Part shown: piece after piece, positions 39,990 through 52,368 of the stretch
Layout of the letters: every line of letters starts with the position of its first letter
Position numbering within the stretch: the stretch's first letter is position 1
Source: Octopus bimaculoides
Taxonomy: Eukaryota
DNA length: 64,000 nucleotides
Reading direction: 5' to 3'
NCBI RefSeq assembly: GCF_001194135.2
Contig: NC_068983.1
Location: 149,458,958 to 149,522,957 of the forward strand
The notes under the pieces: model-generated
Seen by the model: only the letters and a program-made list of their open reading frames with translations
What the model was told of the DNA's origin: nothing
The model's database searches: none
Program-made: the position numbers and the translations under genes

Positions 39990-39990
<1 letters not shown>

Positions 39991-42079
39991 TTTATACATA
40001 TGCACTCGCAATTTGTGTTGTTGTTTTCTTTATAGTTTTTTTATAGTCTGTGTCTTATTTCATTTGATATTTATTGTATATTTGTGATAATTTAATAATA
40101 CTATATAACTTTTGTTATTGTTGTTGATTTCCTATGTGAATCACTTGTTTGTACCATTTAACACAAATTCACTTGTATTACTTAACGTAGTTGTAGTCTT
40201 TGTTTTCTGTCATTACAACACTGTTGGTCAACTTGTTTAAATAAATGCTTATTGCATATTTATTTGCATTCATATATTATATTCATATCTGAAACTTCCA
40301 TTTAATTCTGCATTTACAAAAGGCTGCCTAATTCGACTTTTTTTTTTTTTTTTTCGACATTTCATATTTCCATCATATGTCAGTAGTTTTCATTTACATC
40401 TGCTGACATTGTTATAGAATATAGTGAATCAATTACTATATCTATTACAAAACTTCCTTCCTCTAAAGATATATTGATGTACTACAATCAGTTAAAACAA
40501 TACTCAAAATCCTTTTCATCAATTTACAGTAATTAACTTTGATTTGTTGATGCTGATACATCCTATTCAGTCTGTAAATGAATATTATTACTGGTACCAT
40601 AAAGTCAAGGTACATACCTAGCAAACTGACCCAGCTTCATATTCCAGTTGTATCTGTTTCGCTTCAGTTAGTTTTTGTAAAGATATTAGCAACAATTTAT
40701 TCCAACTTTACCACACACATGTGCACACACCAACCTGAGGCCAATTGTCCATGTAAGAAGTCAATATTGCTCCATTCAATGACAATAAAAATCTTTATGT
40801 AGCAATTATATTTTTCCTGTTCAATTTATCTTCATTTAGAAAATGTGTCCTATAAGTTGGATTATAAATTTTAGATGTTTATCTTTTCCAAAAATATCAA
40901 AAGAAAATATTTCACCAAGTTGTAATTTTTCTGGTGATGATTTATGGCCAAAGATTTGGATGCTTACCTCAACCCCTAGTGCTATTTTGTTTCATTATTA
41001 GAAGCACTTCACTCTCAAATAGCTCTACAAATAGACTACATAGCTCTAATATGTATGACTAACTACTACTCACCACTATTTATTTGTAATGCTCATCTCA
41101 TATCCTTATCTAAGCACTTTTGAGGACTAAATTCCTAGCATTGATGGCAGAGCACTCCAAAAATTATGAACTTATATTCAATGAATAATATATTTGAGAA
41201 AACTATTATTCTCAATAATTTTCATTGTTAAACACATTTGCTGAAGCAGCTATGGATGTAATAATTCAGAACAATTTTAGAAACTTCAGTCTTACATCAT
41301 TATAGCTTTAGGATTGATGTTTTACTGAATAGAACCCTTAAAAATCAGGTTTTGTAATGCTTAATAAAAAGTTTTCTTCTGCTATGTTCATCAAAAACAT
41401 TTTTTAAGAGCATATTTTTGTCAGGTATTCTTCCTGATACTTAATGTATTAAGAAATATCTTCTCATGTTTACTCCTCAAGACAATTTTATCTGTGTGAA
41501 GATATAAAACCTACACTTCTTACTATACCCTATTATTGAAAGTCTGGTGTTTTATCCAAATACCTGATACTGCTTCACCTTTTAATTACCTGACATAAAG
41601 CAGTTAGTGCTAAGAGTATATGTGATATGAATCTCAAGAAGAGCATTTGTATTCTCCTGTATAAGAGGACATAAAATGGTTACAAGTAGTGCTCCTTCTC
41701 TTCCACCTCGGAAAAAAATATGTTTATTCACTAACAGACTCAGGCTTATTAAAATTGACAGAATTTTATGACTTATTTTCCTTGTATTAATGACATAAAA
41801 AAAATCATTAAGCATTTGATGAGTTAAATTTACCAATGTCATATTCAATTACTGCTAATTCTTTTCAGATAGTACTTTCTTATTAAGACATGATTTATCT
41901 CCTTGTCCTTCGGGGCTTTTCTTAATATCCTTTTGTAAAGTTCTCCATATACCTTTCAAATGGTTACTAGTTTGTCAGGTTTCCTTTGTTTATTTCACTA
42001 ATTGCTATTGCAATACTATCACACTAATTATATCTCAATCATTACTATTAAATCCAGAGGTACATTTGTTTTCAGTAGT

Positions 42080-42405
42080 NNNNNNNNNNNNNNNNNNNNN
42101 NNNNNNNNNNNNNNNNNNNNNNNNNNNNNNNNNNNNNNNNNNNNNNNNNNNNNNNNNNNNNNNNNNNNNNNNNNNNNNNNNNNNNNNNNNNNNNNNNNNN
42201 NNNNNNNNNNNNNNNNNNNNNNNNNNNNNNNNNNNNNNNNNNNNNNNNNNNNNNNNNNNNNNNNNNNNNNNNNNNNNNNNNNNNNNNNNNNNNNNNNNNN
42301 NNNNNNNNNNNNNNNNNNNNNNNNNNNNNNNNNNNNNNNNNNNNNNNNNNNNNNNNNNNNNNNNNNNNNNNNNNNNNNNNNNNNNNNNNNNNNNNNNNNN
42401 NNNNN
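42080..42405. other. Assembly gap (326 N) in the intron between microexons A and B
   Basis: N run. Confidence 1.
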
Positions 42406-42530
42406 AACCGGATGGCAACACCAGGCTCCAATCTAATTTGGCAGAGTTTCTACAGCTGGATGCCCTTCCTAACGCCAACCACTCAGAGAGTGTAGTGGGT
42501 GCTTTTACGTGTCACCCGCACGAAAACGGC
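42406..42530 (-). mobile_element. RTE 3'-tail copy emerging from the gap
   Basis: ggctccaatctaatttggcagagtttctacagctggatgcccttcctaacgcc. Confidence 0.8.
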
Positions 42531-42828
42531 CACCAAAAAGATTTTATAACATTTTTCTAACATTTTTCTGACATAATTTAAATATATACTTTAACCATGT
42601 AACACAAGCCTTCTGTAGTTTTTTCACTCTTATTATCTTTTATACATCCAACCACGTGCTTTCACATACCAACTTTCTCACCTATATATATATGTATATA
42701 TACACATAATGAAAGTACAATTTTTGGTAGTATGTTGAAGGTATTTCACATAATGATGTGTTTATGTTTTGTCTGATTTTTACTCTTATGGTTTGTTATA
42801 TTTGCTATCCTAATCCGTTTTAATTCAG

Positions 42829-42852
42829 GGCGGGTGCTTCTTCAAGTGATTT
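42829..42852 (+). CDS. TPD52: 24-nt symmetric microexon B, AGASSSD(L)
   Basis: Acceptor ctaatccgttttaattcag with a CTAAT branch-like motif, donor GTGAGT, phase 2-2. Splicing to 49864 gives SSSDL-YQKT, like QSDL-YKKT of vertebrate TPD52L2. Confidence 0.72.
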
Positions 42853-43360
42853 GTGAGTACTATGGAACAGTGTTGATCTTGCATGTTATGCTCTGTAGTG
42901 CATTTATTTTATAACTCATCAGCTAGTCAGTATAAACAATTTTTTAAAATACATTCAGTGCACATAAAATATTTCCTTTAAAAAATGTCTACAATGCAGC
43001 TATTTCTGCTAGCTTAATAAATAGCTTTCTAGTTACATATGAATTTATGTTTACTGAATTGTCTATAGATTTGGTAAAATTTGTGGATTTTGTATTGCTA
43101 TTATTATAAGAGTATTATTATTATTGTTAATATGAAAACATTATGATTGTAATTATAAAAAATATTATTAATCAGTAATATGGCAGATTAATTCAGTAAC
43201 TGTATCTTTCTCACTCAAAAATAGGCTTTGAGCCTTCTCAAATTATTATTGCTTTTCATCCTTTCGGAGTCAGATATAAATATCAGTCAAGTACTGGGGT
43301 CAATGTAATCGACTTCCCCCTCCCTTCAAAAACTGCTGGCCTTGTGCCAAAATTTGAAGC

Positions 43361-43409
<49 letters not shown>

Positions 43410-46400
43410 GTTTGATATGCAGTGGAGATTGCTGAGACAGTAGTGCACCAAATTAAATGCAATGTAGCATTTAGTTTCATTCTCCTCAATCCCAAATTTC
43501 AAATCCCTCTGGTCTTGTCCTTTCCTTTAATCCTTCTGTGTGGTGTGGTAGAGGGACAACATAAGAACTACTGATATTTTAGGGTCGATTTGATTAATCT
43601 ATATCTTGCAACCCTATTTTAACATTATTATTAACATGAAAGAAACTATTACTTCAAGTCTGTGACTGGACAGAGTTGAAAATTTTGATCATTTTTCTAG
43701 TGTAGAGTTTGCTGCTTGTTCTGAATTGCATTGTTGAATCTGTTAAAACTCATGAGATGTCAAGGAATTCATTGTGATTATGAATATCCACTTCAGCCTC
43801 CACCTCATGTGGTCAAAATGGGAATGAGTGTTTGGTCAATTCTTACTGAGATCAATTTAGATCTGCAGACTAGACTGCAACTTTGTATAGCTTTATTTAT
43901 CAGATTATCATAGTGAGCAGCATTATGTTCTCAGTTTAATATGACCGAAGGATTATGTTGAGCAGTTATTACTTGTGAGAGTGGTCAGACTGACAGAAAG
44001 ATCCATGGTGAGAATTACTCCATTGTATTTAAAATTCTGATTGCTTAGAGATAGTAGAAATAGGAAGCTGACAATATGTATAATATTTTACTGTTTGGAG
44101 TTTAAATTCTGATCTACTTGACCTTTCATCTCTCTAAAATCAACAAAAATATTAATACTAGAATTAATTCACTTGATTTTGCCCCTTTACAAAAATCAGT
44201 CATTTATTTAATCTTACCAAATATTATTATATTCATTTCAATATATTATTCACATTTAGCACTTACCATATCCTCAAATGGAGATAGAGTGAAGCAAAAC
44301 TAAACAAGGTTGTCAAAGAGACAGTAGAAAGAGACAAAATGAAAATAAAGCATATAACAAATTCATCATTATAATGATTAGAACAGTTGAGTGATAGACT
44401 AGTAGAGAACTAGAAAAGTTGTTCTCCAATATTTTGAGATTCTTGAGTTCATCTTCCTTTCCATTCTTCTTGCATTGATAAAATAAATACCAGTCATGTT
44501 GTAAAGCTGATCACATCAACTCAACTCTTCCTGCAAAATCTGTGGTCTTACACTAATGTTAGAAATTATCATTATTATTATTGCTTTCCTTTATTTTATA
44601 ATGTCACTAAAACACTGAAACATCCCAGTTAATAACATTACACAAATGTGCTTTCAATGTTTTGCAATTAAAACCAAATAACATTTTTCTTCTGATGTAA
44701 AGATGAACACTTTGAGCACTTTTACATTTATAAAACTCCATTTTTTTTTTTAAATGTATTGAATTATATATCATATACATATTATTTATTAGTGAGTTGG
44801 CAGAATTGTTAGAGTATCAGTAAAAGTGCTTTGCAATGTTTATTCTAGCTCTTAATGTTCCCAAATTCAAATCCTGTCCTTCATCCTTTTGAGGTCAATA
44901 AAATAAAGTACCAGTTGAGCACTAAGGTTGATGTAATTCATTTAGTCCCTCTCCTCAAAAAATTACTGACCATATGCCAAAATCCAAATGATAATAATTA
45001 TTATTATTAATTACTATAATTGAATATTTTATATGTAGCCCAAATTAAAATTCTGATATTATTGTTGTTAAGATGAGTGTCAGGCTAACTAATGCTAGAG
45101 CATTAAACTAAGTGCTTTGCAATAATTTTATGGTTGTTCATTCTGAGCTCACTTTCAATCAAGTCACTTTTGCCTTTTCTTTCTCTTAGAACAAGAAAAT
45201 GAGTACCAGTTGCTAACTGAGATTAGTTCAACCATCTATGCCTGTTTCCTACAAAAATTGACCTTGTGCTCATGTAAGACATCATTATCAGGCTTGGTCA
45301 ATGAGAGACTATCTCTTTATGATGCTTCATCTGATATGAACTTTATACATATTATACTTTTCCCATCCCCCCCTCCTCTTACACATATCTGTTTGCAGAT
45401 AGAAATCTTATGTTTTTTAAAGTATACTATTTATGAAAAGGCTGAAATTTCATAGCAGTAACATAGACCAATAACAATTTAAATACCAAACTACTAATTT
45501 AAGCTCCTCTTCTGATACTTAAGTGGTTTCTCTTACTTTTTTAAATGCAAATTATTATTTTGAAATGTTAATTTTGTTGATCTTAATACTTGTATTTTCT
45601 TTTTTAATTTATTTTAAAATTTTGTTTATAATTGAAAATTACTTTTGTTCTACAGCTTGCATATATTACTCTCCTTCACAAAAAAATAAAGTATGTGATG
45701 ATGTTTCTATATATTAATGAGAATTTTACTCTTATCTTCAGTTCAAGGAGAAATTAAAGTAAAATATAGTAAATTTAATTATGCAAATAAACTTATATTT
45801 TGTTGTTTTGTTTGTTTTCTTTCTTCCTTGTTCTATAGTTTTTATTGGAAGAATAGGAGTTCACAGAAGTGGTAGCATACCAGACTAAATATATTAGAAT
45901 TTTATGACTTATTCCTTCACATTCTCTATTGAATTACATTCAGTGCTTACCTTGTCTTCTGTCCCTTCAAGGTCAATAGAATAAGCACCAAGTGAGGCAT
46001 TCAATCAATCTTGATTCTCCTCTTCAACACATAGCTTTGTGCCAATGGGAAACATTTTTGTTACTCATTTTATTACTTGATGATGAAGAGTTTATTCATG
46101 CCATCATAAAATTGTACCAATTTACAATTACCTTTTTGAGATAATTTTTTCTATGGCTGTAAAAAATTTTGATCTGAAAAAAAATTTTTTGATTTTTTTC
46201 TTTTCCTGATATTTTCTTATTATTCTTTAGGTTTAAACCATTTGCAACATGGGGGAAAATTTGAAATTATTTTTTAAAAAATCATGTGCATTATTTATTT
46301 ATTTAAATTATCAATTATTTGACTTAAATTCATTGAAAAACAATTTGCTTGTTAAGAAATTGATGAAAATTTTATTTTTCTTACATACCTAATAATAAAA

Positions 46401-47171
46401 CTCCTTGTTTTCCACGGCATGGTAAGAGGAAGAACAACAGCATCCATGAATTTTTCACAGGAATGCCAAGATTAATAGTGAGGTCATAGTTTGCAGCAAT
46501 AGGAAGTAATACCAAGTTTTTTAGTTACACTCTGCCTAAACATCTGATCCAAATGTCCACAAAAAATGTCCCTGCTAAAGGCACTCACAGGCCAGCTCAT
46601 TATTTAATTGGGCAACAGGTTAAGTCTAGCTTCTGGAGCTTGTGTTCAAAATGTTACACAGAATCATAGGAAAAGACAATTCTAGTACTTACATGTACCT
46701 TATATATATATTTTATTGTAAAATAATGTTGACTAGCAGTAATATTCTGGGTGAAAATTCTCCCTTTCAAATAGAAGAAAATAGTGAGTTCAGGGAAATG
46801 TATTGTTATCAGCAGGCCTTACATATATTTATTGATATAAAGCCTGCTAAGGTAAACTTTGCCTTTCATCCTTCCAATTGATAAAATAGTACTAAAAATA
46901 CTGGGTACAATTAACTTTACTACTCTCCAAATTTTATGGTTTGCTTGCAATGTTAGAAATCACCAATATTGGATTGGCAGCATTTAGAGATAAATAATTG
47001 AACAAAAGCTCAATAAAATAATCTCAATTACATATTGAGGTCAATTAAATTAGCTTCACTCCTTCTAAATTTGTGACCTTATGTTAATGATAAAAAGGTC
47101 AGTCAATTGGCAGAACTAGCAGCAAACAAAATGTCTTACAGTATTTAGTTATATCTCTTTACAGTCTGAGT

Positions 47172-47366
47172 TCAACCCATTAGCATTTAGACTAGCTATA
47201 TCCAGCCCATATATTGTTCAAACCAACCAGATCTGGCCTCTCACCCCTTCCCTATAATGTCACATCATCAAAATCTCAAAGCTACAAGATAGTGCATGAT
47301 TAATTCAAAACAATGTGAAAAAATAAGTATTACAATTGACAGAGTAATCTAAATGCTAAAGGTTAA
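47172..47366 (-). mobile_element. piggyBac-like MITE, family 2, nested in a SINE
   Basis: Ends tcaacccattagcattt ... aaatgctaaaggttaa. It splits the SINE core ctgagttca|aatcctgcc. Confidence 0.75.
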
Positions 47367-47860
47367 ATCCTGCCCATATCAACTTTGTCTTTCATCTTTC
47401 TAAGATTGTTAAAATGAATATATTCCAAGTGCTGGCAGGGTCAGTATACTTCACTATATTCCTCTCCCAAAATTTGTCTTATGTTAGAAATTATTATTAG
47501 TCAACCTCCACTCTGGTTCAACTATCTAGGTCATGCTTTCAAATATGATACAATGCCATTCATATATAAACTAGGATAAATCCAATCAGCTGTAACTTGC
47601 TCCTATAAATTTGTTGCTTCATGCCCTTATAATAAAACAGCATGGAATGTTTCAGTTCCAAGTTTGAAACTCTTTATTATTCCCTTTATATGTCACTGGA
47701 AAAATGCAGACATTATTTCCCATGTCCCCTTTTCCACAAACATGGGGTGTTGCACTTCTGTTAAGAATAATAATTATTTTATTATTATTGTCATCGCCTT
47801 CTCTGACACACAGTCTGTGACCTGTAGAGTGTTTCTGTTATTCTTGTGACTATATTGCAG

Positions 47861-47884
47861 ATATCAGAAAACCTGTAAACAACT
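47861..47884 (+). CDS. TPD52: Candidate 24-nt microexon C, YQKTCKQ(L); donor uncertain
   Basis: Acceptor ttcttgtgactatattgcag. It starts A TAT CAG AAA ACC versus A TAC CAG AAG ACA at 49864. The in-frame donor GTCTGT is weak, and the competing donor GTAAAC at 47875 would give a 14-nt exon. Confidence 0.45.
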
Positions 47885-48433
47885 GTCTGTTTATGTTATT
47901 GCAGTGCTCTGGTGATCAATGTTTCTATGTACCTATCTAATAACACAGTACATTTAGGGAGACTAGATCACCTGACATTGGGCTCCTTATCATGTAACTC
48001 TTCATTGGTATTATTATTGTTATCATTGTCATGGTGTTTACTGATCACTTAGATTACCTTTGATACAATAATTAAGCTACTACAATATGCTCCTATTCAC
48101 TATTCCCTCTGTTTGTGTGTCATCATAAACTCATACAACCACACTCTCACACACACCCCTCAATGCAAATTATTGTTTGTGTGGTGTATGTGCATGCATG
48201 TTTACATATATATAGGAGCAGGTTTGTGGTTAAGAATTTTGCTTTACAACCACATGATCTTTGTTTCGATCCCATAGTGTGGCACTTTGGGGTTGGATGA
48301 GTTACAAAATGGCATCAAGAAGGGCACCCAGCTGTAGGAAACTGCTACAAGAATCTTATCCAACCCATGCCAGTGTGGTAAAAGCTGATGTACAAATTGT
48401 GACTATATATACACATACACACATACACATATA

Positions 48434-48795
48434 TCAGGTCATCCCATAAGTTCTGTCCAAATTTTGAATAAAGAAAACAAGTGATCAAATGTTATATTTA
48501 ATTGAAATTTAATCGTCAATGTACTTTCCCTGGTTATCTAGGACTTCCTTCCATCTATTTACAAACTTTTTAATCCCATCAATGTAAAACTCTTTTGGTT
48601 TCAAAGCAAAGCACTCTGAAATGTCAGTTTTGACCTCCTCCTGGCTTGTGATATGTAATGAAGTATCTATGTGAAATATACTGGATTGATTGAAATGGTT
48701 GACAGTGGATTGAGGAATATCAGAGTAGGAATACTTAAGTTTTTGGAAGTTGATGTTATGATAAATATAAGAAAGTGGCCAAAACTTATGCTGGG
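48434..48795 (-). mobile_element. Mariner (Tc1/mariner) remnant, transposase C-terminus
   Basis: SQEEVKTDISECFALKPKEFYIDGIKKFVNRWKEVLDNQGKYIDD*, plus TA followed by the TIR-like tcaggtcatcccataagttctgtcc at 48432. Confidence 0.85.
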
Positions 48796-49863
48796 GTTTG
48801 TTCATCACCATTTGGTAGAGCTGGTGTACTTAATTGGTAAAAAAAAAAATAGCCAACTCGGGCTCAGAGGTGATCAAAAGTATTGTAGGTCCATTTTTTT
48901 TTTTTTTTACCCTAAGGGTTAATTAGTTCTGACTGTCAATGATAGATATAAATTTTTAGAGATTTCAATCAAAGGAAATATTTTGCATGTTTCAACATAT
49001 TATATATTAGGTTTCATTTATTGTGGCTGTAGTTTTTGTCTTTATTTTCATTAGAAAATGTTTCAGCTTAATAGATCTTCAGCTATCTTTTCTGTTAGAG
49101 GCAATCTTTCACTGTTCTTGATGTTGACCATAAATTGCTTCATTCTACAAACAGAATCTACAGAATTTCAGCGTCCCATTTGATTCATTTCTCTTTTAAT
49201 CAATAAGTGTTGCTTTTTATTAACGTTTATTAGTTCCAGATTCCAACACTGCTCTGCATGACTATAGGGCTTTACTTAAAATAGCCACTTAGTCTGGTGT
49301 AACTCTAATATCCTTACTGTCAAATCCCATAATGTTCACTTCTACATTTCTTTGCAGATTTATGGCTCTGCATGAAATTTGTTTCTTTAACATTTTTGTT
49401 CTGCATGATAATTTCCTCCCAGTTTCAGCTGTTGCTGCTTATTCAGTTTGCATGCACATTTATGGTATTTTACTTGTTCTGAGAGTAACAATAATGAGAT
49501 ATGCTAAGTTTTTGCAGAAATCCTACAATAACTGAACTACTTTTGTTACTCTGACAACTTCAACAATGTATATTTTCTTAATGCATCTTTGGCATTCAGG
49601 TTTGTATTCTCAGAAAACAAAGGAATTTATTTTGTGCTTGTGTCACTTAAATTTTCTTCTAAATAATACATCCAATTTCAGTAACTCTTTAATCGCAATA
49701 TACATAATGATTTCTCCTGAAATGATCATTAATATTTTTTTTTTTTTTTTTTTTCATTTCTTTAAAGCATGTTTTCATGTCTGTAGTTTGTTGCATCGAG
49801 TCATTTTATGAATTATTTTCCTCATTTTGGTATATATAAATATGTTGGGGTTTTTTTCTATAG

Positions 49864-49965
49864 ATACCAGAAGACATCTGCTGCCATGAAGACTGCTTCT
49901 GAGAAAACTACATCTGCCATTTCAGTGCTTGGTGCTTCAGTAAGCAAAAAATTTGATGAAATGAG
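49864..49965 (+). CDS. TPD52: TPD52-family exon YQKTSAAMKTASEKTTSAISVLGASVSKKFDEMR
   Basis: Acceptor ttttttctatag, donor AG|GTAAC, phase 2-2. Matches the remembered YKKT...GQKxSAA...GS.I.KK..DM pattern. Confidence 0.95.
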
Positions 49966-51189
49966 GTAACATTTGTTTCTACAATACATAACAATTATTA
50001 AAAAGTATCTCCATATACAATGAATTGTATTGTACACCAGTTTCTAAATTGTTTTGCTAAGAATAGAAACAAGAAATAAATGTTCTGTTGTCTATGTTGG
50101 ATAATCTAATAGAATAAATGCTTAACGGACATTAAATGATGATGATGTTGGATATGTTATATATGTTGGATATGTGTAACAGAAGATTATAAAAGATATT
50201 GTTTGTCTGTGATCTTTGCATATGATGTATGTTTCATGTTTTTTTTCTGATTTATGCCTGTGTGTGAAGGCATGTTAAATTAAAAGTGAAAGAAAAAAAT
50301 TATATCATTTTCTTCAGATTAGAATGTTTTAAATTTCATTGTGACAAGGGCAGAGTTTAATCTTTTGTATTAATATTTAATGAGATATTAAGTCCTTTCA
50401 CTTATCTAAGGACTAGTCCTTAACTCTGGTTTCTGTACTACTAAATAATAAGAGCCAAACCTACTCCAAGAAAGGACACCAATTCATATTAAATATTCCG
50501 TTTATAGCAAGGTGGGACACACATAAGAAAGAAGAAAGCAAAGGACCACTGATGAGGTCACAGAAGTGTGATGAAAGAACTCTGGCCGAAATAGGATTAA
50601 TGTAATGTAATGTAATATAATGCTGAAGCAAATTAACACCAAATATACAGTGCGTGTGTTTTTATTGGTTAAACTGGCAATATGACCGTCCCCAAGTACA
50701 ACAACATCATATTAAATAAATTTCTCACAAATGCTGGTCCTTTTTTTAAAAAAAGGTAGGCAAATTGAAGCTCATGCTCAAAATAATCTGTTGAGAGTCA
50801 TTGAAAATATATGCAATGGATTTGAAATTTTGTCTCTACTAGAATATATGAACCTTAATAACACCAAACATTGATAGAAGTTGTTAATGGTATTTCAGCT
50901 TATTGTTTTATCACTCTAAGCTAGTAACTTGGATTAATGCTTATTAACTTCCCAGCTAAAGAATTAATTTGAATCTTGTCATCAATGTTACTCTTTAATG
51001 AACTTGCTCTAAGTAAGTATAGCTTGTTACTGAAAGGACTTGTTTCCTTGTGTTGTAGTGCTTATTCAAATCTAGCACCATCCCATAAGTTCCATCATGT
51101 CGTTTGACACACTATATGACTACAAACACCATCTTATGTAACTGAAAATTTTAAAAATATTCTCTTGCAAAAATTGGTTGAGCACCATT

Positions 51190-51345
51190 GCACACGCTGT
51201 AAAGTGGTTGGCATTAGGAAGGACATCCAGTCAAAGAAACCATGCTAAATCAGATTGGAGTTTAGTGCAGCACCCTGGCTTGCCAGCTCTAGTCAAATCA
51301 TCCAACCCATGCCAGCATGGACAACAGACGTTAAATAATGATGAT
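51190..51345 (+). mobile_element. RTE 3'-tail copy
   Basis: gtggttggcattaggaaggacatccag...gacgttaaataatgatgat. Confidence 0.75.
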
Positions 51346-51407
51346 CAGTTGATTTTGTTTTTGTCTGATTGATCTGCTGTATTTCCTGTTGAATTTTATT
51401 ATTTCAG

Positions 51408-51468
51408 AAATTCTCAGACATTCAAGACAGTGGAAGAACGAGTGGAGAATGCTTACACTAATGTAAAG
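51408..51468 (+). CDS. TPD52: TPD52-family exon (R)NSQTFKTVEERVENAYTNVK
   Basis: Acceptor ttttattatttcag, donor AAG|GTGAGT. Matches the D52 motif NSPTFKSFEEKVEN. Confidence 0.95.
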
Positions 51469-51941
51469 GTGAGTCCTACTTGCTAGTTAGCGCTTTCTGA
51501 ATTTTTTTTTCTTTTTTTGTCTGAATTAGGTTAAACTTTATTTAAAACAAAGGAAATAAAGAAAATATCATATTAAACAGAAATACCAAAAATATACAGA
51601 TGAATTTTTATTACTTACATTAAAACATTCACAGATCTACAGCTAGAGGCAGGCAGCACCTACATTTTCTACATATTACTGTTTTATCTGTAATGATGAT
51701 TACATACATATAAATGATAACTCTTTCCCTTTTTTTCTAATCTCACACTCCTTTTCATGTGGTTTTTATACATAGGGTTAAAGAATTTTATTAGAGAAAG
51801 AAAGATTAGAACTCAGCCTTTTTCAGTTTGGTTTAACCTCACATCTTTTTCAACACTCAAGCAGAGGACATAATTAGACTGAAGTGATTTGGTTGTTTAT
51901 GAACATTTGGGTGCTGCCTGCTATTCTTGACTTGGTCAACT

Positions 51942-52196
51942 TTAACCCTTTAGCGTTCAGATTACTCTTTCAAATGTAATACTTATTTATTCACATTATT
52001 TTGAAATAAACAGTCACGTCATCGAAGTCTCAAAGTCATGAGAGAATTCTCATGACTTTGAGACTTTGATGATGTGACTGTTTCTTTTTGAAATGACATT
52101 ATCGGATAGGTGTGAGAGGCTTGATCTGGCCAGTTTGTACATAAAACAGGTAAAATATTTGGGCCTGATGTGACCAGTTTAAATGCTAAAAGGGTT
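51942..52196 (+). mobile_element. piggyBac-like MITE, family 2, carrying an internal 36-bp hairpin
   Basis: Ends ttaaccctttagcgtt ... aaatgctaaaagggtt. Homologous to the 47.2-kb copy in opposite orientation. Confidence 0.8.
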
Positions 52197-52332
52197 TTTT
52201 TTTTGTTTTGTTTTTCTCCTATTTTCCTTGCTTGAGCTGCTTATCAAAATTAGAATTAAGCCTATTATTGGTGTATTTGTAAGTTTGTTTACTCTGTCCT
52301 GAAATTTTACTAACCATGCATATTCTGTTTAG

Positions 52333-52368
52333 ACTTCAAAGTCAATTGAGAATTTAAAAGATAAATTG
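52333..52368 (+). CDS. TPD52: 36-nt symmetric cassette exon TSKSIENLKDKL
   Basis: Perfect TACTAAC at 52308-52314, acceptor tattctgtttag, donor TTG|GTGAGT, phase 0-0. The peptide resembles D52 KSFEEKVENLKSKV. Confidence 0.75.

Noticed and set aside
45839-45871. Strong acceptor followed by FYWKNRSSQK
   Set aside because: The donors are weak, and the 33-nt version creates TGA on joining 49864.
46231-46264. Strong polypyrimidine acceptor
   Set aside because: In-frame stop after 10 codons and no donor.
47905-47928. Second 24-nt candidate next to microexon C
   Set aside because: Weak donor GTACCT, only 20 nt from candidate C, and no similarity to D52.
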